Shown: positions 1-10,555, counted from the first letter of the stretch. The stretch: DNA of 20,197 bases from Neoechinorhynchus agilis (GCA_051530055.1 JBMGUZ010000051.1:1-20197), one strand, 5' to 3'. Notes: a model not told the origin generated them from the letters alone. Program-made: numbers and translations.

Positions 1-442
1 TTTCCTTTGAAATAATGTTGAATTTTCGTATTTCCAACGACAGCAGTATGCAAACCATGTAACAAGTTGTAGAGCTCGAAAGTTGATGGGACGAACTCAT
101 TGGCGACTTTAAGTGTCGGGCGGGCCATTCTGAAAATGTCAAATGCAGTAAGGAGCGTATATTGAGGAGCAACCTTAAAATGGGCGGATTTGGCCGATTT
201 CTGATCTCGTTCTGTATCACGTACAGTTCGGGGTTCTAGAGTTTTGGTTGTCTCGGAATCCTTTGTTTGTGTCATTTCCGTTTTATCAAAGATTGGACGT
301 TGTTTATCATCCATGTAAGGTTTTTCAACAACTGTAAGACGAGCAACGGCTGTTTCGGGGTCTTCTGGGTTTGAAGGAGTGACTCGATTCATGCCTGATT
401 CTCTATCGTAATTGCGTCTCATATTTGGACAACAAAAGAAGT
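1..442 (-). other. Endogenous viral element, partitivirus-like capsid N-terminal fragment, copy 1 (ATG at 422; frame runs off the left edge)
   Basis: Translates as MRRNYDRES...RPTLKVANEFVPSTFELYNLLHGLHTAVVGNTKIQHYFKG. The N-x-FVPS-xxx-LY-xx-L pattern resembles the N-terminal conserved block of alphapartitivirus coat proteins as I recall it. Intronless. Matches 18615-19056 with 3 substitutions seen by eye. Confidence 0.6.
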
Positions 443-686
443 ACGGACCTAAACGAGAATTACCATTGGGTGGTGGAGCAGTCACCTCGGGGTAGTTATC
501 CGTAGAGAGAACTGCCCGCATCCGGGCGAATGTGGCAGGAGAGCCATCCCGATAGTGGTCGAGTGCCGCTGAACCGCACAACGTCAGGTAAGCCATCTTT
601 TCATTCCGACGACGGAGTAGGGGCGCAACATGACTGACGGTGCTTAGGAGGGGGTGAAGTCCATACGCGAAACTTGCCCAGATCCA
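443..686 (-). other. Virus-like segment fused in frame upstream of the capsid N-terminus (possible capsid C-terminal part)
   Basis: Stop-free from 686 to the window edge in the frame of ATG 422 (first ATG at 596): WIWASFAYGLHPLLSTVSHVAPLLRRRNEKMAYLTLCGSAALDHYRDGSPATFARMRAVLSTDNYPEVTAPPPNGNSRLGPYF. The ending RLGPYF recalls the GP[FY]W motif near partitivirus capsid C-termini. Not in the ORF track because no stop lies in the window. Confidence 0.35.
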
Positions 687-808
687 TCAGATTATCATAC
701 TATAACACCCCGTCGAGGCCCCAAAGACACGAAATGGTGGAGAGGATCTTGCGGGTTAAAGCTCATAGCGTAAATACGAGAGACCGAAGATACCTCTACC
801 AGGTTTCA

Positions 809-1664
809 CTACAACCGCTCACTTAGCTCGCGCCACAACTCATTGTACTCAGCACCGATTAAACCGGAAGTAGAATAAGAAAGGCCTAGAGAAAGACAAA
901 TCGGCCCATAGCTTTCAACCATATGGGGCATAACACCGAAGTAATAGTGTAAAGCCTTCTTCTCTTCAACACTCTCCCCCCTATAGAAAGGACAATTGAT
1001 CTGGGCCGCTGCTCTAGCTTTTTCGCCAAGAAAGATGTCATTATCTTTGGCTGTGAGACCCACTTCGTGGAGGAAACCGAGCGTAGTGTTTGGAAGAGTT
1101 CGGAAAAGGGAGTAATTCCCAGCCAAGGCAGTAACGATCTTAAAAACGTGGTCAGCTGATTGTAAAGACTTAACGGTCATCTGATACCCTACCGGCACAT
1201 AGGGTCGCGAGACTGGATTGCCGTTAATGGAATGCATAAGGCGGTTCCATTCTTCAGAGAGCCTCTCGGCATAGCCATCACCACCAGCTAGAACGGAGGA
1301 GATGTAAGAGCTTGTGAAACTGCTCACACCGTTTCCAGCTAGAGTGGAGATAGCATCTGGCGAGAGCCATCCCGAAGTACTGAACTGCCGAAAGTGCCTA
1401 TTTCTAAGCGAAGAGAGAAGTGTAGTGCGCCTAGTGGCGCGCCATTCGAGATTTTCTATTAACTCGCCCTGGCCATTCAACGTGTCCAACTCCTTACAGA
1501 ACGCAGCGCACAAACGCTGATTACGGGAGTTAAGCCCATGTGCCAAGGCGTGCAACATAGGTGGATTATTTCTATGGGAGAAACAAAGACCCATAAGTCG
1601 TTTCTTCGAGGTGCCAATCTTATTAAGAAGATAATGAGCACGCACTCGAACATCGTTACGAATC
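809..1664 (-). CDS. Intronless virus-like ORF of unknown family, 5'-truncated and fused to the 121-bp repeat (ORF track 809-1708)
   Basis: 284 aa open from IRNDVRV to ELSERL*. It has no introns in a genome with dense short introns, is more GC-rich than host intergenic DNA, and sits inside the EVE mosaic. The first 15 aa of the 299-aa ORF come from the satellite. 1327-1664 recurs at 19249-19586. Confidence 0.5.
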
Positions 1665-2287
1665 AAGGTGGTCGTTGCCACACAAATAACAGAATTTTTA
1701 AGTACCAATCATTGAATTGTCTATATCATGTTCCTCATTGCTATTCATAAACACAAACTTCCTTCTGTTGATCGTCAGGAACCCCAAAGTAGTCGTAGCC
1801 ACGCGAATAACAGAATTTTTAAGCGCCAATCATTGAATCGTCTATGTCATGTACCTCATTGCTATTCATAAACAGAAACTTCCTTCTGTTGTACTTCAGG
1901 CATCCCAAAGAAGTCGTTGCCACACAAATAGCAGAATTTTTAAGCACCAATCATTGAATTGTCTAAGTCATGTACCTCATTGCTATTCATAAACACAAAC
2001 TTCCTTCTGTTGCACGTCAGGAATCCCAATATGGTCGTTGCCACACAAATAACAGAATTTTTAAGCGCCAATCATTGAATCGTCTAAGTCATGTACCTCA
2101 TTACTATTCATAAACACAAACTTCCTTCTGTTGCACGTCAGGAATCCCAAAGTTGTCGTTGCCACACAAAGAACAGAATTTTTAAGCGCGAAACATTGAA
2201 TTGTCTAAGTCATGTACATCATTACTATTCATAAACACAAACTTCCTTCTGTTGCACGTCAGGCATCCGAAAGTAGTCGTAGCCACA
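1665..2287. repeat. 121-bp tandem repeat array, about 5.1 units
   Basis: The motif gtcgt(t/a)gccac recurs at 1671, 1792, 1913, 2034, 2155 and 2276 (period 121). Units differ by scattered substitutions. Confidence 0.97.
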
Positions 2288-2387
2288 TTTACTCAAAATT
2301 TTCTCCATTATGACCGTAATTAGTTAAATCATTGGAATGGTCAAGTTTCGCACCACGTACATTTTAGGGCTTGCTTGGTGTATCGCG

Positions 2388-2686
2388 CAGACAGTGGTTG
2401 TCATGGTTTTTATTTTAACGTATCTTATATCGAAATTGTATTCGTTTAGCATTATCGCCCAAAGCACTAACCTTCCGTTGGTCATCTTGCTGAGGTCCCT
2501 CTGGTACCTGAATATGTGCTTTAACGGTTGGTAATCAGTTTCCAACACAAAATGTCGCCCATAAAGGTATTAATGAAACCGCTTGATTGCGTGCACGATG
2601 GCCAAGGCTTCTTTGTCTATAGTAGCATATCGCACTTCAGTTGGATTAAGTTTTCGTGACGTCAACATTATTGGAACTTTTTTGTT
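2388..2686 (-). mobile_element. Ty3/gypsy LTR retrotransposon pol relic (RNase H domain)
   Basis: Translates as VPIMLTSRKLNPTEVRYATIDKEALAIVHAIKRFH*YLYGRHFVLETDYQPLKHIF...RLVLWAIMLNEYNFDIRY, matching the Ty3/gypsy RNase H pattern (SR.L...E..Y...EKEALA, YLYGR.F...TDH.PL, RW...L..Y.F.I.Y). In-frame TAA at 2570-2572. Confidence 0.88.
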
Positions 2687-2689
2687 TCA

Positions 2690-5110
2690 ATAGCGAAGAT
2701 TGTATCAATTAAATTTATTATATGAAAATTTTCGGCGTTTTCGTTGGCCTTCTTCGGTCACTCTAAAATTACAGTAGAATCAAATTTGAGAGCGTCTTAA
2801 TTCTATTTATCGGGGGTATTCTGAGGTTCAATTTATAGTCGGCTTTGTTGCCAGGAAACGTGTTTGTTCGCTGGATCATTATCGCTTCGATCGTCACTCT
2901 ATCGCGCTTTACGTCAGTGCGGGCCAGTACTTCGGTGCCATCAAAATTGATCGCATGTCCACTGCTATTGATGTGGGACACTATTGGCGAACTTACATCC
3001 GTCTTTTTGTCCACTGCTCTTCTGTGCTCGGCAATCCTTTTTAAATTGATGGTTTGTCCCACATATGAGAGATTGTAATTGGAACATGAAATCTTGTATA
3101 CACATCCGACCGGTACCTCCTCATTTTTCGGCCGGAGTACTCCTTGGAGAGTCCTGCCCTTTTGCTTAAACGTAGCGCACGCTTTGTCTCTATCGATTCT
3201 GTTGATCAGCGAATCTATCCCCGAATTCCATTGAACATCGACGAATGGCGTTTCAATGTAGCACTTCTTTTTCTCTTGATTGATTGTTCTCACATACGAA
3301 GCATACTTAGCCCTTCTCCTACATTTCTCAATGTATTTCTTTGGGTATCCACTCACTTTGAGATTGTTTAATAAATCCAATATAGTTCACAATTAAGGCG
3401 TACTGTATCCGAACAATATCGAAATGCCCTGATGAACATCGATCGGACTATTGCCAATTTGTGTTTGATCGGCTGAGCAGATATCCACGGAACAACCATG
3501 TGCGGAAACCCTTGCTTCCTGTAGACCGATGTCATAAAACCACTATTCGAACCTTTTGTTACTTGTACATCCAGAAATGGTAGAGACTCATTTTCCTCCT
3601 CTTCCATTGCCCATATTATATTTTGGTGGCAGCTATTCAGTTCCTTGCTCAGTTGTACAGTTGAACTTCTATTGGGATCCAGAATAATGAACGTATTGTC
3701 CACATATCGTAGCCAGAGCTTCACATCATTTAATTCTGACAAGTGTTCATCCCATTTTCTGATGTATATCTCAGCCAATAGTGGGTATAATGGGTTTCCC
3801 ACATCGCTAGCCCATCCGCCTGGTCATAATTCACACCCTCAAACTCAATGTTTGAATATTGTCTACAGAATTCAAGAAGCTGGCGCCAATTATTAGCTGA
3901 GAGCTTCCATTCTGTACATTTTTCGACCAATAGGTTTGTTGCTAGCTCAATCCCCTCCTCCACGGGTATCTTTGTAAATAAGGACGTTACATCCGCCGAA
4001 ACCATGAGACCGGTTTCGTTTGGATTCACCCTGCCCAATCGATCAATGAAATCTACACCCGAAGTGACCACATGGTCCGATGCCGGAAGGAGCTGTTTGA
4101 TAAATCCGGATAGTTTTCTCGACAACTTATAGTTATAGGATGAGTGTGCGGCGATGATCGGACGCGCTTTGACGGGTGTTTTGTGGATCTTTGCAAATAA
4201 ATACATTTTCGGCGTCTTAGCATTCACGGATCGTATTCTTTTAAACTCTTCTTCTGGTAGACCCTTCTGTTTCATTAATTTCAGAAGTAATCTGTTGAGT
4301 TCGTTCTCGCGTTTATTCGTGGGGCAGAAATCGAGCTTCTTGAATTCGTCAGCCTGTAGAAGTTCCATACCAAGTCTGTTGAACATTTCTTCGTTTGCCA
4401 CACAAAATCCATGTCCTTTATCGATTTTCAGTTTACGTAATTCATTCCGTGCCTTGATTACTTTGGGTCCAGTCAACATCTTTCCTGTTATATTCGAACC
4501 ACGATTCCTTCCGTTCTTAATAGCCATTTTGCAACTTCTTTCCAACTCCCATAATGGGATATTTTCGATTTGAATCGAAAGGTCATACACCATTTCCGCC
4601 ATCTTAGTTCTGAATTGTAGGGTTCCGATTCTCGGGGTCGGGATAAACTCAGGGCCGAATGACAAAAGTTCCAATACTTCTTCAGGCAGTATAATCTTCG
4701 ATAGGTTGATGACCTTATCTTTGTTCTCCGACGGAATGAATAGATGTCCATCGGCGAGCTTGAGAATTTCTGCCAAGTTATCGACCTCCATAATCAGGAT
4801 ATTACACCATTCGTCGTCCGTCAAGCAACCCAGAATACCACGATTGTTCTCTAATTGACGCTCAAGATGTTTCCTTTCTTTTTGGAGTTCCTTAATAGCG
4901 TTGTTCAATAACCAAGTTTGCATCGACTTCTGGGCTTTTGAGCCATCGAACCCATACGCCACAGATTGTAGTTCCAGAAATGAAGGAAGTACTTCATACC
5001 GTTTACAGCTTTCAAGGAATTCCGATGCATTTTTGTTGCGAACCATTTTCAACGATAATTTCTCCATTAGACGCAGTTTATCGCAAATCCGAAAGCAAAT
5101 TTTGAATTAG
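2690..5110 (-). mobile_element. Penelope-like retroelement (RT + GIY-YIG endonuclease), decayed
   Basis: RT motifs KxHK..ARPII, SADVTSLFTKIP, DGLAMGNP and LRYVDN, followed by GIY-YIG (CVYKISCS...YVGQT, RIAEH, HINSSGH, EAIMI). Split into ORFs 3730-5067, 3368-3802 and 2769-3380 by a 2-bp TG insertion near 3803 and a frameshift near 3375. Catalytic YVDD reads YVDN (3695-3697). Confidence 0.92.
2723..2760 (-). ncRNA. Degenerate minimal type I hammerhead ribozyme candidate at the PLE 3' end
   Basis: Minus strand reads TGA-CCGAAGA-A-GGC-caacgaaaac-GCC-GAA-AATT-T-TCA: core CUGANGA with U4 to C, stem II GGC/GCC, GAAA, palindromic AATT in place of helix III, and short stem I TGA/TCA. It lies just after the EN stop codon and is followed by AATAAA (2714-2719). 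Confidence 0.45.
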
Positions 5111-6216
5111 CGCGTCAGGAATTACTAAACGAACAAAATTGTATATGGCTAGCTAGCGTTATTACTTTCTCTAATCGTATTTGTTCAATTCTTTAAAAGT
5201 CATAAACGTGAAAGATCATCAAATTTGCAAACGTCAACAAATGATGGAAACAATGCATCAATAATCACGGTTGTTTCTCCAAAAACTGAAAAACAAATAA
5301 CTCAAGAACTATTGCAGCTATCGCAAATCCGAAAACAGATTTTGAATTAGCGCGTCAGGAATTACTAAACGAACAAAATTGTATATGGCTAGCTAGCGTT
5401 ATTACTTTCTCTAATCGTATTTGTTCAATTCTTTAAAAGTCATAAACGTGAAAGATCATCAAATTTGCAAACGTCAACAAATGATGGAAACAATGCATCA
5501 ATAATCACGGTTGTTTCTCCAAAAACTGAAAAACAAATAACTCAAGAACTATTGCAGCTATCGCAAATCCGAAAACAGATTTGGAATTAGCGCGTCAGGA
5601 ATTACTAAACGGACAAAATTGTATATGGTTAGCTTACGTAATAACGTCGGAAATCGCATTTGTTCAATTCCTCAACAGTCATAAACGTGAAAGATCATCA
5701 AATTTGCAAACGTCAACAAATGATGGAAACAATGTTGCATCAATAATCACGGTTGTTTCTCCAAAAACTGAAAAACAAATAACTCAAGAACTATTGCAGC
5801 TATCGCAAATCCGAAAACAGATTTTGAATTAGCGCGTCAGGAATTACTAAACGAACAAAATTGTATATGGCTAGCTAGCGTTATTACTTTCTCTAATCGT
5901 ATTTGTTCAATTCTTTAAAAGTCATAAACGTGAAAGATCATCAAATTTGCAAACGTCAACAAATGATGGAAACAATGCATCAATAATCACGGTTGTTTCT
6001 CCAAAAACTGAAAAACAAATAACTCAAGAACTATTGCAGCTATCGCAAATCCGAAAACAGATTTGGAATTAGCGCGTCAGGAATTACTAAACGGACAAAA
6101 TTGTATATGGTTAGCTTACGTAATAACGTCGGAAATCGCATTTGTTCAATTCCTCAACAGTCATAAACGTGAAAGATCATAAAATTTGCAAATGTCAACA
6201 AAGGATGGAAACAATG
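5079..6216. repeat. 240/242-bp tandem array (about 4.7 units) continuous with the PLE 5' end
   Basis: tcgcaaatccgaaa at 5081, 5321, 5561, 5803 and 6043. Two internal variants occur in order A,A,B,A,B. Confidence 0.95.
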
Positions 6217-6725
6217 TCCATCCTTATAATGCTCACTTTTGCTCTTCCACTCAACTCTGAAAGCTCGGGTTGGAACGAAAAATCTATGTCGGAACGTCCT
6301 CGTCTTTAGCAATTGAATCGGACGGAGAGTTGTTCCACACCCCACCTGACAAGTGAATTAACAGCCAGATTCTCCCGTTTCGATCAATCCCTGAACAACA
6401 TGAAGTTGAGGACAAGGCACTCTTCAAGGGCCGCAGCTGCAATTGTTCCTAACCTCACCAGCAGCATCCGCTTTTTCGATCTTCGAATTGTCCATTTTAT
6501 TTCGAATTGTCCAGTAAACAAAGCGCTAATAAAGGTGAAATTACCAAAGATATTAAAACGTTCTCTATATTGGGAAACACATTATTGATAAACAAAATGA
6601 ACGACAAGCGTCTAGTCAATGTTGAATAAATACCGGAAACAAAGGCGAGCACTCACCTAAAAGCGGTTTGCGATCTCCTCGAATTCTATAAGATCGACTT
6701 GAATATCGAATAAAGAAATAGGAAA

Positions 6726-7318
6726 ATGAGGATTCCCATTATCGTACTGATTATCGCGATAGGACTACTAGTCAACATATCAGCGCTTTCCGTCCTACCG
6801 GAAACGAAAAACAAAATTACGCCGTTCTCCTATTATAGCGATTCGCCAATACTATTTAAATCCAGAGATGGAGAAAATCAGCAAAAAGACGACGAATCCG
6901 ATGAGATGAGCAGTGGACCTCCAATGATGGACGAAAGCTCGTCAAATCAAGGTGATTTTAATGATATCGATTCATCAGAAGAGAACGAAGCCATATCGAA
7001 GCCTGGAGAAAATCAACAAAAAGACGACGAATCCGATGAGATGAGCAGCGGACCTCCAACGATGTACGAAAGCTCATCAAATCAAGGTGATTTTAATGAT
7101 TTCGATTCATCAGAAGAGAACAAAGGCATATCGAAGCCAGGAGAAAATCTGCAAAATGACGACGAATCCGATGAGATGAGCAGTCGACCTCCAGTGATGG
7201 ACGAAAGCTCTACAACATCTCCTTATCTAAAGTTGCCTTTTCTGTCAAAGAAAGACGTCGGTAACTTTTAAACAAATGGATTTTGCTGTGTCCATTTTCC
7301 ATCTATTGAGAAAAATAG
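6726..7318 (+). CDS. Secreted acidic (D/E/S/N-rich) repeat protein, about 180 aa
   Basis: Hydrophobic signal peptide MRIPIIVLIIAIGLLVNISA, then about 2.5 copies of a 45-aa unit. A probable terminal intron 7261-7310 (GTAACT...GAG, 50 nt) would end the protein ...DVEK*; unspliced, it stops at 7271. Confidence 0.75.
6870..7212 (+). repeat. 135-bp coding tandem repeat
   Basis: ggagaaaatc at 6870, 7005 and 7140; unit GENQQKDDESDEMSSGPPMMDESSSNQGDFNDIDSSEENEAISKP. Confidence 0.95.
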
Positions 7319-8412
7319 GCCGATATTTACTACTCCGGAGCGTCACTTTATTCAACAATTCTAAGCTATCCGGGCAATGTTAACAATGGACGACTTCAAG
7401 AAACGTTGTAGCTCCGGGATATTTTAGATTATCCTGCTCTCGATCAGTCGGACCGAGAAGCTTACAACTTTAAGCATTTTGTTGAGTTTAAATTATTTTC
7501 ATGTAATAAATTATCAGTAGTCATTTATGGAGGAAGTCTAATAATGACGAGGGTACGGATGATGAAGGTGTCAATGGCTTTAAAAAGTTGATACTTTGGT
7601 AACAGTATCATTAATCAACGTCATTTCGTTTCCCAAACACTGATTTTTCATTGACCGCTTTCAATGATTATATGGATTTCCATCACGAATCGACCGCCTT
7701 TAATAATCGCGACCGCTAAAAAATTGATTCATCGAAAAACTTCACCAACCATTAAGTTGAACTTTTTAAAAATCAATGCTCTGTAGTTCGTTAATCAATA
7801 AACTCTCATAAATGAGAATTGTGCGAAATTTAAAAGGTCTTTTTGGCGGACATTCATAAAGATTTCATCGTTACGCCATGGAATACTCGCTGTTCCTTTA
7901 AGGAATTAAATAATCCGATTCGAACCATTTGATGATTTCGGTTCTTTTTTTCGTCAATAATACAAGTAAAAGAACGTTCGTAAGATGTTATCGATGACAA
8001 CATTCACCAATCTGTTCGCCGTGAATATCGCGCTGATTATCGATATTATCCACGAAATCCCAAAAACCTAAGCGCTGATTCCGTATATCGATAAGTTACG
8101 TTGAATCTACGAGCAGATTTAAATGCTAAAATAGATCCTTAATTTTTGTTAAAGGCTTCCATTGTGTTCATGATGAACATTTGAACGAAAGGTGCCAATT
8201 TGTTTTTTGAAATGGGAATTTTTTCAACAAAGACCGAAGAAGGAAAAACCTAAGCACTTAATAATTTAAAAATTTGCGTGCTTAAAACAAGTTTTAATTC
8301 TTTAAAAGGAGACTAACAAACTGTTTAACGCCATTCCAAGCCACTGGGCAAAAGGAAAAACCTCAGTACTTCATCATTTTAAGTTTGGATGAAATGAAAA
8401 AATATCTTAGTT

Positions 8413-10044
8413 TTTGGTACGTGTGGGTATCGAATCTTTTAAATTTTTTGTAAAAACCATGATTACAGAAAGCTCAAAAGATTAACGGGATGGATATTTT
8501 CGCCTTTATGCAATCATTAACACAATCACCGAGGCCACATTCGTCCTTTGTTTTTTGTTTTGAGCAACAAAACCGATACGTATTAATTCGCAATATCGTT
8601 CCTTGCTCGATTGTCTTTCCCAAGGAGACGGATAACATTTTCAAATAAAGACATGAATCCAGAAATAAGCAAAATCCTTTTACGTTTAATTCAACGATTG
8701 AGCGATAATATTCCGACAAGTGACAGTCAACGGTTTGAAAACCACATTTTAATTATGGAGGCTACAATGGAATCCATGCGGATTCTAGCGAGCCAAAATG
8801 CGACGAGCAAACCAACGCCAGGTGAGTTCCACAAAAACCTCATATCGATTCCATTATTTCAAATGAGTTTAGGAGTGTCATTTCCTTCAATGAATTCAAC
8901 TCGAAGTAACGAGCCAGAAAATCTTGATAGAACATTTGCCGGTTTGTTGAGAATGGCACCTTCGAACACTGCGGCGTCCGCATTGTCAGTGGCCGCAAAC
9001 TTAGCAAACGCCCAGCAACAGTGTTTCCGAATAACTTCCGAACAGTCCAAGGAGCAAAAATCGGCCGAAACAAATCGAATGATTGGCGATAATAACCAAG
9101 AACTTGAAGATTTAATGCAATTCATAATTCAAAATGCCGATGCCATCGCTGAGAGTCGTCCGCCGCAAATCTTTCCGAGAATAAATGATAATAATCGAGC
9201 CGGCGTCATCAGTCTCGAGATGGTAGATGAACGCCAAGATTCAGTCGGCAATCCTCAAGCTTTTCTTCAAAAAACATCGCAGCCAACAATGCCTTGGATT
9301 TGTGCAAAATGCGGAACTTTCTTAACTCCATCGTGGCATCAATATAAAGGTTCGGTCTACTGCTTTTCATGCGCTGACTCGGTCGCATTTTCCGAATGGG
9401 AACCGGCCATTCGCGAACTATTTGAAAAATTTCTGGATTCAGAATGGATTCCTCCTGTTCTCGATCCGGACCACAGCACAAACATTCACCAAAGAACTCA
9501 AATCTCAACACCACGAAGATCGGCAAGGTCACAGGAGGAACTCGAGATTGAATACACAGCAAAAATTAGTGAACCAACTCCAGAAAACATTCCATCGGTT
9601 CACAATTCGCCGGTTGAAAAATCATCTGAGGTTTTTATCCATCAAACTGACCATCAAACGGAAACTAATTTGTTTCAGGCAAATGAAGGAGCCACCAATT
9701 CTCTTCCACCAATAGAAATTGATAGCAGTACAAACAGAAAAAAAGATAAAGAAGGAGAATCTCAATGTAGAGATAGTTCGTCTGAGAGCAATTTTGTAAG
9801 ACGAGAGTAATATTGATAAATAAGTTTTTATTTGTACGTCTGCATTAAATTATTTCCTAAATACGATAGCGAACGGTGGTTAGAGTGAAATCAGAATCGT
9901 AAACTTTTAGCGATCCGGGCTTTGTAGATGTGTTCTTCACAATCCCGGATATAAAATATTTTATCGAGATTTTTCGAAAGATAAAGCCTCGCCAAGCGAT
10001 GCAGAGCTCCATGAGGTTTGTCGCTTAACAACTTTCAACAACAA
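8413..10044 (+). repeat. 1.63-kb direct duplication, copy 1 (copy 2 at 12987-14618)
   Basis: Constant offset of 4574 bp from tttggtacgtgtggg to actttcaacaacaa, with substitutions only. Copy 2 is followed by an AAC-rich expansion, after which similarity briefly resumes. Confidence 0.97.
8653..9810 (+). CDS. Orphan protein with a divergent GATA-like C4 zinc finger, copy 1
   Basis: First ATG is 8653 (the ORF-track start at 8611 is TTG). Finger CAKCGTFLTPSWHQYKGSVYCFSC (C-x2-C-x16-C-x2-C with TPxW) at 9301-9372. S/E/T-rich C-terminal tail. Possible in-frame intron at 8822-8872. Confidence 0.7.
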   Translation: MNPEISKILLRLIQRLSDNIPTSDSQRFENHILIMEATMESMRILASQNATSKPTPGEFHKNLISIPLFQMSLGVSFPSMNSTRSNEPENLDRTFAGLLRMAPSNTAASALSVAANLANAQQQCFRITSEQSKEQKSAETNRMIGDNNQELEDLMQFIIQNADAIAESRPPQIFPRINDNNRAGVISLEMVDERQDSVGNPQAFLQKTSQPTMPWICAKCGTFLTPSWHQYKGSVYCFSCADSVAFSEWEPAIRELFEKFLDSEWIPPVLDPDHSTNIHQRTQISTPRRSARSQEELEIEYTAKISEPTPENIPSVHNSPVEKSSEVFIHQTDHQTETNLFQANEGATNSLPPIEIDSSTNRKKDKEGESQCRDSSSESNFVRRE

Positions 10045-10555
10045 ACAAATTGAATTCTTTTCATTCTTATAGCAGAAATGTGCAGAGCATAAAAACGACA
10101 AAGCGGACGATTCGGAGTCATGCAAAACAACTAAAATCTTTTTTTGGATGACTATTGAGACGAGGCTTCCCCGCGAAACATCGCAATAAGACTTTTTCGG
10201 TCTTCGGGAAGTGCGATTCTCGTAAAGAAGACACTGAACTGTTTTACGACTTGCTTCATATGATCAACCAACAGCACTCGGCTAACAACGAGTAACCGCA
10301 ACTGGTTATAACAATCATTTACAAACTCACGTTAACTATACTATTCAGCCATAGACCCATTGACTTGTAAGGATGTAGGTTGAACATCAATGTAGTAGGA
10401 AAATCATTTGTAAGAGGTGATATAACTGCTTAACGAAAGACGGACAACGAAACTCACAATTTCGCGTTTTGGCACACTTAACGTAGTATAAAAGTTTGGG
10501 GAAAAAGATTGAACTTCGCTCACATTCCAGTTGAACAAACTTCTCCAATCGAAAA

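Noticed and set aside
1665-2287. CRISPR-like array
   Set aside because: Units are contiguous 121-bp repeats with no unique spacers, there are no cas genes, and the context is eukaryotic.
5581-5832. 83-aa ORF in the 240-bp array as a gene
   Set aside because: TTG start, open only in variant B, and frame shifts between units.
9913-9990. Hairpin and AT palindrome downstream of the zinc-finger ORF
   Set aside because: Short, imperfect and AT-rich; its presence in both copies is explained by the recent duplication.
10148-10186. Second hammerhead-like motif (tattg-AGACGAG-GC-ttcccc-GC-GAAAC-ATC-g-caata)
   Set aside because: The core lacks the CU of CUGANGA, stem II is only 2 bp, and there is no PLE context.
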